A DNA stretch of 64,000 nt from IMG/VR virus record IMGVR_UViG_3300027708_000026, positions 1-64,000 of that record; one strand, given 5' to 3'. Positions 8,897 to 17,704 of the stretch are shown here, piece after piece. The stretch's first letter is position 1. Each line of letters starts with the position of its first letter. Position numbers and translations under genes: made by a program. The notes beneath the pieces were generated by a model that did no database searches, had not been told where the DNA came from, and saw nothing but the letters and a program-made list of their open reading frames with translations. The stretch comes from a virus.

Positions 8897-9742
8897 ATGA
8901 GCAAAATCAAAATAGCAGAATTATTTTATAGTATCCAAGGTGAGGGACGTTATATGGGCGTCCCTTCTGTGTTTCTACGCACATTTGGATGTAACTTCAA
9001 ATGTGCCGGCTTTGGCATGCCACGTGGAGAATTGAGCAATGAAGCAAACGATGTTAACCCAGATCTTTATAAAGAGTATAAGAAATTGCCTTTGGTATCT
9101 ACGGGCTGTGACAGTTATGCTAGTTGGGATCCTAGGTTTAAGCATCTGTCTCCTGTGCTTAATACTGATGCGATTGCCGATGCTATTGTGGATACGCTTC
9201 CGCACAAGGAATGGCGCGACGAACATCTTGTGATCACGGGCGGTGAGCCATTGCTGGGTTGGCAGAAGCAGTATCCGGACTTGTTGGATCATCCCAAGAT
9301 GGCAGGATTGAAAGAGATCACATTCGAGACCAACGGCACCCAAAAGTTGAGTAAAGAGTTTAAAGAATATTTACAGGATTGGTACATCACCAATCCGCTG
9401 GCGAGAGAAATCACATTCTCAGTGAGTGCTAAACTGCCATGTTCGGGTGAGTCATGGTCGGATGCTATCTGTCCAGAGGTTGTAGCCGAGTATGAAGCAG
9501 TTGGCACAGCCTATTTGAAGTTTGTGATCGCAACAGAAGAGGATTTGAAAGATGCTGAAAGAGCCGTGGAAGAGTTTCGTGCTGGGGGCTTTACGGGTCC
9601 TGTGTATATTATGCCTGTTGGTGGTGTTGAACGGGTGTACAGTCTTAATAATCGGGCAGTGGCAGAAATGGCAATGCGAAAAGGATGGCGGTACAGTGAT
9701 CGACTACAAGTGCCACTATTCAAGAACGAGTGGGGTACTTAA
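8897..9742 (+). CDS. queE: 7-carboxy-7-deazaguanine synthase QueE (radical SAM)
   Basis: ELFYSIQGEG, VFLRTFGCNFKC...GCDS, VITGGEP, FETNGT, SAKL, YSDRLQ. Confidence 0.9.
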   Translation: MSKIKIAELFYSIQGEGRYMGVPSVFLRTFGCNFKCAGFGMPRGELSNEANDVNPDLYKEYKKLPLVSTGCDSYASWDPRFKHLSPVLNTDAIADAIVDTLPHKEWRDEHLVITGGEPLLGWQKQYPDLLDHPKMAGLKEITFETNGTQKLSKEFKEYLQDWYITNPLAREITFSVSAKLPCSGESWSDAICPEVVAEYEAVGTAYLKFVIATEEDLKDAERAVEEFRAGGFTGPVYIMPVGGVERVYSLNNRAVAEMAMRKGWRYSDRLQVPLFKNEWGT

Positions 9743-10114
9743 ATGATATTAGATGGAATTTTTGAGTTCGTTGGACTCTTTAAAAAGAAAAAAACTGTAG
9801 AACCCACACCGGTAGCAAAGACTCCAAAAGAAATTGCCACTGAAAACAAAGAACCGTGGGTGGCGGTAATGAACACTCATGTCAACAAAGACAATATTCG
9901 AAATGGGTTCTTTGAGCTTGACTGGAACGAGTATTTTGTGTTACAATTACGTACAGAAGGATATGCTGGATCGACTGATGAAGAAATTGTGGATGCATGG
10001 TTCAGTGAACTATGTAGAAATTTAGGTGGTGATGCAGGCATTGACATGAACGGTCGCGGTGCAGGATTTGTTGATCGAGCGTTACGCGAAGACGGTAGAA
10101 GTGAAATAGGATAA
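9743..10114 (+). CDS. Hypothetical phage protein
   Basis: 123-aa ORF abutting queE. Confidence 0.65.
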   Translation: MILDGIFEFVGLFKKKKTVEPTPVAKTPKEIATENKEPWVAVMNTHVNKDNIRNGFFELDWNEYFVLQLRTEGYAGSTDEEIVDAWFSELCRNLGGDAGIDMNGRGAGFVDRALREDGRSEIG

Positions 10115-10116
10115 AA

Positions 10117-10746
10117 ATGGATAATAACTTACAACTATCAACTGATAGTTCCGATTATGATGTGCTATATCGTGCTGCGGCTTCTATTAAAAATATAGAT
10201 GGTGCTATTTGCGAGATTGGAACACGCCTTGGTGGGAGTTTACAATATATTGTTGAAGGCCTATTGGCAGCAAATGATTTAAATCGAAATGTTGTTTGTT
10301 TAGATCCTTATGGAAATATTGATTTCTACGATAGCGAATTCAGTAAATCCAAATCTGATTACACTAATGATATGCGTAATACTGCAATGACAAATATTTA
10401 CGAATATCTAAAAGATAAACCTGTCAATGTAGTGGTACTGTGTTTAGAAGATACAGAATATTTTGATAGATTTCAAGACGGATTTCCTTTCTATCAAGAG
10501 CATAAACAAATCGTCAATCAATATAGTCTTGTTTTCTTCGACGGTCCCCACGTAAGTAATTCAGTTCTTGAAGAAATTCAATTTTTCTATCCCAGATCTG
10601 TAGTAGGTACAAAATTTGTATTTGATGATATCAACAAATATAATCATCAACCCATACACGACGATTTAATTAGTAACAATTTTCAACTTGTTGAAGTTGG
10701 TGCAAAGCAAGTCAAAGCCTGTTATATCAAAACCAAGCAAATTTAA
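10117..10746 (+). CDS. Class I SAM methyltransferase (TylF/Methyltransf_24-like)
   Basis: ICEIGTRLGGS, CLDPYG, VFFDGPH, FVFDD. Confidence 0.75.
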   Translation: MDNNLQLSTDSSDYDVLYRAAASIKNIDGAICEIGTRLGGSLQYIVEGLLAANDLNRNVVCLDPYGNIDFYDSEFSKSKSDYTNDMRNTAMTNIYEYLKDKPVNVVVLCLEDTEYFDRFQDGFPFYQEHKQIVNQYSLVFFDGPHVSNSVLEEIQFFYPRSVVGTKFVFDDINKYNHQPIHDDLISNNFQLVEVGAKQVKACYIKTKQI

Positions 10747-11738
10747 TGAACAAAACATACATACTAGTTGATACAGCTAACACATTCTTTCGTGCGCGGC
10801 ACGTCATTAGAGGTGATCTTAATGACAAGATTGGTATGAGTATCCATACTGTACTTGGCAGCGTTCGCAAAGCATGGAAAGACTTTAGAGGTGATCATAT
10901 TGTTTTCTGTTTAGAAGGTCGTAGCTGGCGCAAAGACTATTACCCTCCCTACAAACGACAACGTGCAGAGGGTCGTGCTGCACAAAGTCCTCGAGAACAA
11001 GAAGAAGATCGGGTGTTTTGGGAGACGTTTGATCAGTTCAAAGACTATATCATCAACAAGACTAATAGCACTGTATTACAACATCCTCAGCTAGAAGCTG
11101 ACGATTTAATTGCCGGATTCGTGCAAGCTCATCCCCATGATAACCATGTTATTATCAGTACTGATGGCGATTTTGCACAATTGATAGCGCCAAATGTTCG
11201 GCAATATAATGGCATAATGGAAATCACTGTAACACACGAAGGTTATTTTGACAACAAGGGCAAGAGGGTTATCGATAAGAAAACGAAACTAGAAAAGCCT
11301 GCGCCCGATCCTAAATGGCTACTATTTGAAAAGTGTATGCGCGGCGATACTAGTGATAATGTCTTCTCAGCGTATCCCGGTGTTAGAGAAAAGGGCACTA
11401 AGAATAAAGTCGGTCTGCGCGAAGCATTTGCTGACAGAGAGAAAAAAGGCTATGGTTGGAACAATATGATGTTGCAACGTTGGTTGGACCACGAAGGTGT
11501 CGAACATCGCGTCCTCGACGACTACAATCGTAATGTGCAATTATGCGATCTATCTGCACAGCCCGAAGATATTAAAGCTATCATTAAAGGCACCATCGAT
11601 ACAGCAACTACTGCCGGAAAAGATATTTCCCAAGTGGGTGTTAGATTACTGAAATTTTGTGCAGAATTTGATTTGACTAAAGTTGGCGAGCAAGTAGCAA
11701 GTTATGCCGAGCCACTCAATGCGAGATATACCCTATGA
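10746..11738 (+). CDS. rnh: T4-type RNase H / 5'-3' exonuclease
   Basis: ILVDTAN, SWRKDYYPPYK, EADDLIA, ISTDGDFAQL, GDTSDNV. Confidence 0.9.
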   Translation: MNKTYILVDTANTFFRARHVIRGDLNDKIGMSIHTVLGSVRKAWKDFRGDHIVFCLEGRSWRKDYYPPYKRQRAEGRAAQSPREQEEDRVFWETFDQFKDYIINKTNSTVLQHPQLEADDLIAGFVQAHPHDNHVIISTDGDFAQLIAPNVRQYNGIMEITVTHEGYFDNKGKRVIDKKTKLEKPAPDPKWLLFEKCMRGDTSDNVFSAYPGVREKGTKNKVGLREAFADREKKGYGWNNMMLQRWLDHEGVEHRVLDDYNRNVQLCDLSAQPEDIKAIIKGTIDTATTAGKDISQVGVRLLKFCAEFDLTKVGEQVASYAEPLNARYTL

Positions 11739-12226
11739 ATTCCACTGCTAAAACTCTAATCCCCGACCGTGAATGGTTAATTAAAGACGGAAGCGAAAAA
11801 ATCGGATCAATTGCCAAAGTTAAAAAGGGTTATGTACTACTCAAGCAAGGCAGAGCATTACCTTTCAAAAGTCTGTCTGATGTAACATCGGCATTTGGTG
11901 TATCTGTTTTCGAAGAAAGCATTAAAAAAGTCAAAAAAGAAATTGCTGGGCCAGTTGAATATGTCATATACGACTATCCCTGCAAATCTAAACCATACGA
12001 TCCCTTGTACAACGTACAGAAAAAACTTCCCTTGTATACCAAACGTAGCAAGAGTAAGAGCCAACATTGTGCGGGACATTATATAATCAAATTCCGCAAG
12101 GGGTGGGTTAAAAGTTTCTGCCCAAAATTGATTACGCTAGAACGTTATCCTTATCATGGACCTTGGAAAACTGAAGAAGAATCAAAAATAGCATTGAAAA
12201 AGGCCAATCAATCATGCAACAACTAG
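11735..12226 (+). CDS. Hypothetical basic protein
   Basis: 163-aa ORF, ATGA-coupled. Confidence 0.7.
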   Translation: MNSTAKTLIPDREWLIKDGSEKIGSIAKVKKGYVLLKQGRALPFKSLSDVTSAFGVSVFEESIKKVKKEIAGPVEYVIYDYPCKSKPYDPLYNVQKKLPLYTKRSKSKSQHCAGHYIIKFRKGWVKSFCPKLITLERYPYHGPWKTEEESKIALKKANQSCNN

Positions 12227-12438
12227 ACACATACCCTATAGAAGATTTTTTGAATAAGGCTAGGGTTGCTAAAAAGACTAATCAAAAAACACTAGTGATG
12301 TCAAGCAAAGAATATACCGATCTTTATGATAGCCTAGCGGTGGTAATGACTAGACTAAGCGGAATATTAGATAAAATTGCAGCCGCTCCTGCTGCACCAG
12401 CATCTATCGAAGTGAAAATGAACGGTGGAAATTTCTAA
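12214..12438 (+). CDS. Hypothetical protein
   Basis: 74-aa ORF in the operon. Confidence 0.65.
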   Translation: MQQLDTYPIEDFLNKARVAKKTNQKTLVMSSKEYTDLYDSLAVVMTRLSGILDKIAAAPAAPASIEVKMNGGNF

Positions 12439-12480
12439 ATAAACAGCTAAATATATACGCACATTTGGAGTGTATATATG
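12436..12480 (+). promoter_or_regulatory. Late-type promoter(s) TAAATA plus a hairpin sequestering the RBS/start codon
   Basis: TAAATA at 12436-41 and 12448-53. ATATATACGC (12451-60) pairs with GTGTATATAT (12470-79), covering the end of GGAG and the AT of the ATG. Confidence 0.6.
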
Positions 12481-12777
12481 AGTAGGCCAAAACCTAAGAT
12501 ACTATTAGAATTAACAAATAAAAAAACTTATAAGACTGAACAGATCTTAGAGGCCGATGCTATTTGGGCAGTATTCTATCAAGATAAACCTATCAATTTA
12601 AAAATTACCAGTTTAGTAGCAAATCAATTAGGTCCAAAATATAAAAAAGTATCTTTCTCAAATAGTGGTCATGCTATAAATCTAGCTAACAAGTTGAATA
12701 AAATGTTCAATGTTAAAGATTTTAGTGTTTATCAATTGACCACTGGTAAAAAACTAAGCGATGAATCAGAAACTTGA
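12478..12777 (+). CDS. Hypothetical protein (MSRPKP...)
   Basis: 99-aa ORF with GGAG RBS. Confidence 0.75.
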   Translation: MSRPKPKILLELTNKKTYKTEQILEADAIWAVFYQDKPINLKITSLVANQLGPKYKKVSFSNSGHAINLANKLNKMFNVKDFSVYQLTTGKKLSDESET

Positions 12778-13141
12778 TATAACCAAATATCTTGCAGAGC
12801 AATGGGGTCTAGATACAGACCAAAAATCTTTAAAACAACTAAACACTCTTTGGTGGCAGAATCCAAGGAATAAAATCAAGGGCGGGCTTCGATTCACTGA
12901 TGAAGGATTTGCTAGGGCATCTGCTCATCTCAGAAGCCATAAGGTTGATATCGATGACGGTATTGACTACAACAACCAACTTATCATAAGATTGGATAAT
13001 CTCATAGATTGCCCTTGGTATCTCAGCACCAAGCATATATTCCTTTTCGATGAAAAAATAGCAGTTCAAATGATCCTGTTTTCTGGAAATATTGCTAGAT
13101 TCACCGATGCTAAAGTAAGAAACCGCTTGACTAACCAGTAG
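12761..13141 (+). CDS. Hypothetical protein
   Basis: 126-aa ORF overlapping the upstream gene. Confidence 0.7.
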   Translation: MNQKLDITKYLAEQWGLDTDQKSLKQLNTLWWQNPRNKIKGGLRFTDEGFARASAHLRSHKVDIDDGIDYNNQLIIRLDNLIDCPWYLSTKHIFLFDEKIAVQMILFSGNIARFTDAKVRNRLTNQ

Positions 13142-13155
13142 ATTTGCTGTATAAT
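13127..13155 (+). promoter_or_regulatory. Sigma70-type early promoter
   Basis: TTGACT-17 nt-TATAAT upstream of the MoxR gene. Confidence 0.8.
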
Positions 13156-13216
13156 TACTGTATTGAAGCAATAAATTACGTTCAATAGCTAATTAACTTT
13201 TTAGAAAGACTACACT

Positions 13217-14299
13217 ATGGCAGAATCAATCAGCACTAATCGTACAGTTACTCCTAATCAAGCAAAGCGGAGTATCCGCAAGTGCGTTAAAATCCAGCGT
13301 CCCGTGTTCATGTGGGGCCCTCCCGGTATTGGCAAATCTGATATCGTTAAACAGATCGGCGACGAACAAGATCGCGACGTTATTGACGTCCGTTTGAGCC
13401 TTTGGGAACCCACTGACATCAAGGGCATTCCCTATTACAACTCCACTGAAAACACAATGACTTGGGCACCTCCTGCAGAACTGCCTACTGATCCCGAGTC
13501 TACTGCTATCCTGTTCTTGGATGAGTTGAACTCTGCGGCTCCTGCTACACAGGCAGCGGCTTTCCAGTTAGTGTTGAACCGCCGTGTTGGTACTTATGTG
13601 TTACCAAGGGGTGTTAGCATTGTAGCTGCTGGTAACCGTGAGGGAGACAAAGGTGTTACTTACCGCATGCCTGCGCCGTTGGCTAACCGTTTTGTCCACG
13701 TTGAACTGAAAAGTGACTTTGAAGATTGGCAAGAATGGGCTGTTAAAAACAAGGTGCATGAGCAAGTTGTTGGTTATGTTGGCTTTGCCAAACAAGACTT
13801 GTATGACTTTGATCCAAAGAGCTCAAGCCGTGCGTTCGCTACTCCGCGTTCTTGGTCTTTTGTTAGCGAATTGCTACACGATGACGACCTGGACGAAAGC
13901 ACATTGACTGATTTAGTCGCCGGTGCAATTGGCGAAGGCTTGGCAATCAAGTTTATGGCACATCGTCGTGTGGCCAAACAGATGCCTAACCCAACTGATA
14001 TCTTGAAGGGTACTATTACTAGTTGCAAGATCAAAGAAATCTCTGCGATGTATTCTTTGAGTATTAGCCTGTGCTACGAATTGCAAGATGCATATGAGAA
14101 GAAAGCTAAGGATTGGGACGCTCAAGCAGATCGCTTCTTCCTGTTCATCATGGATAACTTCCCGACTGAGCTGACTGTTATGGCCGCTAAGGTTGCATTG
14201 ACTAGCTACAAACTGCCGTTCGATGCTTCTAAATTGAAGCACTTTGATCGCTTCCATGACAAATATGGCAAGTATATCCTTGTAGCAATGGAGAACTAA
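13217..14299 (+). CDS. MoxR-like AAA+ ATPase
   Basis: Walker A GPPGIGKS, Walker B LFLDELN, AAGN, PLANRF, ATPRSW. Confidence 0.9.
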   Translation: MAESISTNRTVTPNQAKRSIRKCVKIQRPVFMWGPPGIGKSDIVKQIGDEQDRDVIDVRLSLWEPTDIKGIPYYNSTENTMTWAPPAELPTDPESTAILFLDELNSAAPATQAAAFQLVLNRRVGTYVLPRGVSIVAAGNREGDKGVTYRMPAPLANRFVHVELKSDFEDWQEWAVKNKVHEQVVGYVGFAKQDLYDFDPKSSSRAFATPRSWSFVSELLHDDDLDESTLTDLVAGAIGEGLAIKFMAHRRVAKQMPNPTDILKGTITSCKIKEISAMYSLSISLCYELQDAYEKKAKDWDAQADRFFLFIMDNFPTELTVMAAKVALTSYKLPFDASKLKHFDRFHDKYGKYILVAMEN

Positions 14300-14321
14300 A
14301 AAGGCCCGCAAGGGCCTTTTT
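14298..14321. terminator. Intrinsic terminator, potentially bidirectional
   Basis: AAAAA-GGCCC-GCAA-GGGCC-TTTTT. Confidence 0.85.
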
Positions 14322-14323
14322 AC

Positions 14324-14359
14324 TTGCTTGTTTGATAAATTTAGTGTATAATATACACT
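14324..14359 (+). promoter_or_regulatory. Sigma70-type promoter with a palindrome over the -10
   Basis: TTGCTT-17 nt-TATAAT (14347-52); AGTGTATA-A-TATACACT at 14343-59. Confidence 0.7.
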
Positions 14360-14378
14360 TACACTGAAAGGATATACT

Positions 14379-15650
14379 ATGTCTAAAGTAATGAAACAAG
14401 AACGCACTAAAAAAGATTGGACAGATCGTGCATTTACTGAATCCGAAAAAACTAAAATTGTCGAGAAACTGATCACTGCCCGCGTGGGCTTGCTGTTGAA
14501 GCATCCGTTTTTTGGTAATCTTGCTACACGCATGAAGTTGGTCGATGCCAGCGATTGGTGTAGCACACTGGCCACAGATGGCCGCACCTTCTATTACAAT
14601 AATGGCTTCGTGCATAAGTTGACTCCTAAAGAAGCAGAGTTCGGCTTTGCCCACGAAGTATTGCACAATGTATTTGATCACATGGGACGTCGTGATCATC
14701 GTGATCCTCAACTGTCCAATATTGCCGCTGACTATGCCGCAAATCAAATCCTTAAAGATGAAAATATTGGTGTAGTGCCCCACTTCATTAAAATCTTCCA
14801 GGATGACAAATATCGCGGCCTGAGCTATGAAGAGATCTATGCCATCATTGAAGAAAAAGCTATCAAGATCGATATTAGTTCGTTAGGTGAACTGTTGGAC
14901 GATCACTTGGATGGTGATGACGACGGCAATGGCAACGGTAGTGGTGAGGGCGGTGAAGAAGTTGACGGAAGCGGCAAAGGCCGTCCTCGACTAACCGCAG
15001 AAGAAAAACGTCAGATCCGTGAGGAAATGAAAGAAGCTGTACTAGCGGCTGCACAATCCGCAGGTGCTGGTCGGGTGCCTGCTGGTATCCGTCGCATGAT
15101 CAGTGACTTTACTGAGCCTAAGATGGACTGGCGTCAGATCCTGCGTATGAATATCCAAAGTATCTTTAAGAGCAATTTTAGTTTCGCTCGTCCAAATCGT
15201 AAGAGCCAACATTGTGGTGCTATCCTGCCCGGAATGATGAACGAAGAAACTATTGATGTGTCAGTTGCTATTGACATGAGTGGCAGTATTTCGGATGCGA
15301 TGGCCCAAGACTTTATTAGCGAAGTCAAAGGTATCATGGACGAATACAAAGACTTCAAATTAGATCTGTGGTGCTTTGATACACAGGTATACAATTACGC
15401 TCGATTTACCCCAGATGCTGCTGATGATATTTTAAGTTACGAAGTCAAAGGTGGCGGTGGTACTGACTTCGATGCCAACTATGAATTCATGAAGAATGAA
15501 GATATCCTTCCTAAGAAATTCATTATGTTTACAGATGGATATCCTTGCGGTAGTTGGGGAGATGAAGATTACTGTGATTCATTGTTCGTCATCCACGGTA
15601 ATCAATCTATAGTCGCACCGTTTGGGCAAACTGCTTACTACGAAAAATAA
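14379..15650 (+). CDS. Metallopeptidase-like (HExxH) plus VWA domain protein (DUF2201-like), MoxR partner
   Basis: TLATDG, AHEVLH, NIAADY, MIDAS IDMSGSI, GGGGTDF, FTDG. Confidence 0.85.
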   Translation: MSKVMKQERTKKDWTDRAFTESEKTKIVEKLITARVGLLLKHPFFGNLATRMKLVDASDWCSTLATDGRTFYYNNGFVHKLTPKEAEFGFAHEVLHNVFDHMGRRDHRDPQLSNIAADYAANQILKDENIGVVPHFIKIFQDDKYRGLSYEEIYAIIEEKAIKIDISSLGELLDDHLDGDDDGNGNGSGEGGEEVDGSGKGRPRLTAEEKRQIREEMKEAVLAAAQSAGAGRVPAGIRRMISDFTEPKMDWRQILRMNIQSIFKSNFSFARPNRKSQHCGAILPGMMNEETIDVSVAIDMSGSISDAMAQDFISEVKGIMDEYKDFKLDLWCFDTQVYNYARFTPDAADDILSYEVKGGGGTDFDANYEFMKNEDILPKKFIMFTDGYPCGSWGDEDYCDSLFVIHGNQSIVAPFGQTAYYEK

Positions 15651-15651
15651 T

Positions 15652-15930
15652 ATGGCGTTACGACACGGAACAGTTAATCCGCTGAGTGCTCTGGGAGTTA
15701 GAAAGTTAACTTTCCTCCCAGAGCATTTCGTAAAAATAACTGTACGAAAGATACCTCTTGATACCAAGAAGTTAGATCTATGGATTAACTATAACTTAAA
15801 TAGTAGGTATGCTATTAGAAAGACCTTTATATTGGACGAAAGTAAAAAGGTTGTCGAAGCAACGGAGATCGGGTTTGAAGATCCCAAAGAAATTACCATG
15901 TTTTCTCTAGGGTGCCCGTTGATACATTAA
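15652..15930 (+). CDS. Hypothetical protein
   Basis: ATG at 15652 just after the VWA stop (MALRHGTVNPL...). Confidence 0.65.
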   Translation: MALRHGTVNPLSALGVRKLTFLPEHFVKITVRKIPLDTKKLDLWINYNLNSRYAIRKTFILDESKKVVEATEIGFEDPKEITMFSLGCPLIH

Positions 15931-15946
15931 ATTAAAGGAAATTAAA

Positions 15947-16171
15947 ATGGAAAATCAAGAACACGCACAAATGCCCGAGCAAGCTGTCGAAGCTGCTCAG
16001 CAACCACAATTAAGCATCAACGATTTGCAAAATTTGCGCTCGATTGTTGATACAGCAGTTCGTCGAGGTGCGTTTGCTGCTAACGAAATGTCTGCTGTTG
16101 GTGCAGCTTACGATCGAGTCAATGCATTCTTGAATGCAGTTGCTCCCCCAAATGAAACACCCGCTGCCTAA
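15947..16171 (+). CDS. Hypothetical protein
   Basis: AAGGA RBS; 74 aa. Confidence 0.75.
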   Translation: MENQEHAQMPEQAVEAAQQPQLSINDLQNLRSIVDTAVRRGAFAANEMSAVGAAYDRVNAFLNAVAPPNETPAA

Positions 16172-16183
16172 AAGGAGTATAGA

Positions 16184-16816
16184 ATGGCTAGAGAATTAAA
16201 ACACATCGGAAAGATGATCAACAATGACGTTAAGGTTATTGTTGCTTATCGTACACTTCCGGGAGATCCATCAAGTGCGTTAGTCATTGGAACTAACAAC
16301 TTAGGTGATGCATATCACGACGCATTGATGAATTTATTGCAAGATGTCAGCGGACAGCAAGTAAACGAATTTGCAGATATCATGGCCGTTCGACAATTTC
16401 CGGATGGCAGTAATATGCTAGAATGGTGCCACACTAGAGGACAACTTAAAAAAGTTCCTACTAAATTGGTAATGATGACTCCAACCAACCAAGCATCAAT
16501 TCTTTTAGAAGATCTCAATAAGATAATTGCTGAACAAAGAGGTATCACTGTCGATGAACTTGCAGTAAATGATGGGACTCAAAAGAAGAAACCCGCTGCT
16601 AAAAAAGATGACACTACTCGCACTACCAGTTCTAGTGTAAATGAGGACGGCGCAACTTCTACACCTTCACAAGAAATCGTATCAGAAAGTTTAACTCCCA
16701 CTCAAATGAGAGCCAGGGCTGATAAATTGTTCAAAGATGCTCAGCAGTTACGTAAACAGGCCGATGCCATTGATCCTCCAAAGAGTAAGAAAAAATCTCT
16801 AACTGTGGAAGCATAA
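16184..16816 (+). CDS. Hypothetical protein
   Basis: AAGGAG RBS; 210 aa with a charged C-terminus. Confidence 0.75.
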   Translation: MARELKHIGKMINNDVKVIVAYRTLPGDPSSALVIGTNNLGDAYHDALMNLLQDVSGQQVNEFADIMAVRQFPDGSNMLEWCHTRGQLKKVPTKLVMMTPTNQASILLEDLNKIIAEQRGITVDELAVNDGTQKKKPAAKKDDTTRTTSSSVNEDGATSTPSQEIVSESLTPTQMRARADKLFKDAQQLRKQADAIDPPKSKKKSLTVEA

Positions 16817-16819
16817 TTA

Positions 16820-17704
16820 ATGTCACAATCGGAAAAAGTTTATCTCGACTGTCTAAAAAATATCTTGGAGAACGGCGACGATCGACCAGATCGCACAGGT
16901 GTAGGAACACGGAGTCTTTTTGGATTGCAAATGAAATTTGATTTGCAAGAAGGCTTCCCCGCTGTCACTACTAAGAAATTGGCCTGGAAAGCGGTTGTCT
17001 CCGAACTCCTATGGTTTTTAGAAGGTAGTTCAGATGAAAGCCGATTGAGACAAATATTATACGGTGATCGACACAATGATCAAAAAACCATATGGACTGA
17101 TAATCTTAAAGATCCAAAATGGACAGAAAAGCGTTATCAAAGGAACCCTTCCGATCTAGGTAGAATCTATGGTGTTCAATGGCGCAAGTGGCGTAAACCA
17201 CTTATTCGAATCAATAAGGTTATATTGCAAAATCATGATCAATTGTTAGAATTGATACAGGGTATTAAAGACGATCCCTATGGTCGCAGACATATCATGA
17301 CTGCGTGGAATCCAGGAGAAATTGAATTTATGGCACTTCCGCCTTGCCATATGTTTTGTCAATTCTATATTTGTAACGGGCGAATCAGCTGCCATATGTA
17401 TCAACGTAGTGCGGATATGTTTTTAGGTGTTCCCTTTAACATAGCATCATATGCATTACTTACTCACATGGTTGCACAAGTATGTAATCTAACAGCAGAC
17501 GAATTGATAATCTCATTTGGTGACGCACACATCTACAAAAATCACTTCGATCAGGTCAAAGAGCAACTAATTCGTAAGCCCTTTGATTCACCAGTTTTGA
17601 AATTAAATTCCGAAATTAGTGTAATCACAGAATTTGGAATGGAAGATATTGGATTAATTGACTATCAATTTCACGATGCCATAAAAGCACCAATGGCTGT
17701 CTAA
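16820..17704 (+). CDS. thyA: Thymidylate synthase
   Basis: DRTGVGT, TTKK, ELLWF, YGVQWR, ALPPCH, YQRSADMFLGVPFNIASY, DAHIY. Confidence 0.97.
   Translation: MSQSEKVYLDCLKNILENGDDRPDRTGVGTRSLFGLQMKFDLQEGFPAVTTKKLAWKAVVSELLWFLEGSSDESRLRQILYGDRHNDQKTIWTDNLKDPKWTEKRYQRNPSDLGRIYGVQWRKWRKPLIRINKVILQNHDQLLELIQGIKDDPYGRRHIMTAWNPGEIEFMALPPCHMFCQFYICNGRISCHMYQRSADMFLGVPFNIASYALLTHMVAQVCNLTADELIISFGDAHIYKNHFDQVKEQLIRKPFDSPVLKLNSEISVITEFGMEDIGLIDYQFHDAIKAPMAV

Noticed and set aside
13913-14783. Long antisense ORFs (224 and 184 aa) across MoxR/VWA
   Set aside because: Antisense to well-supported genes, cross a terminator/promoter, and show no motifs.
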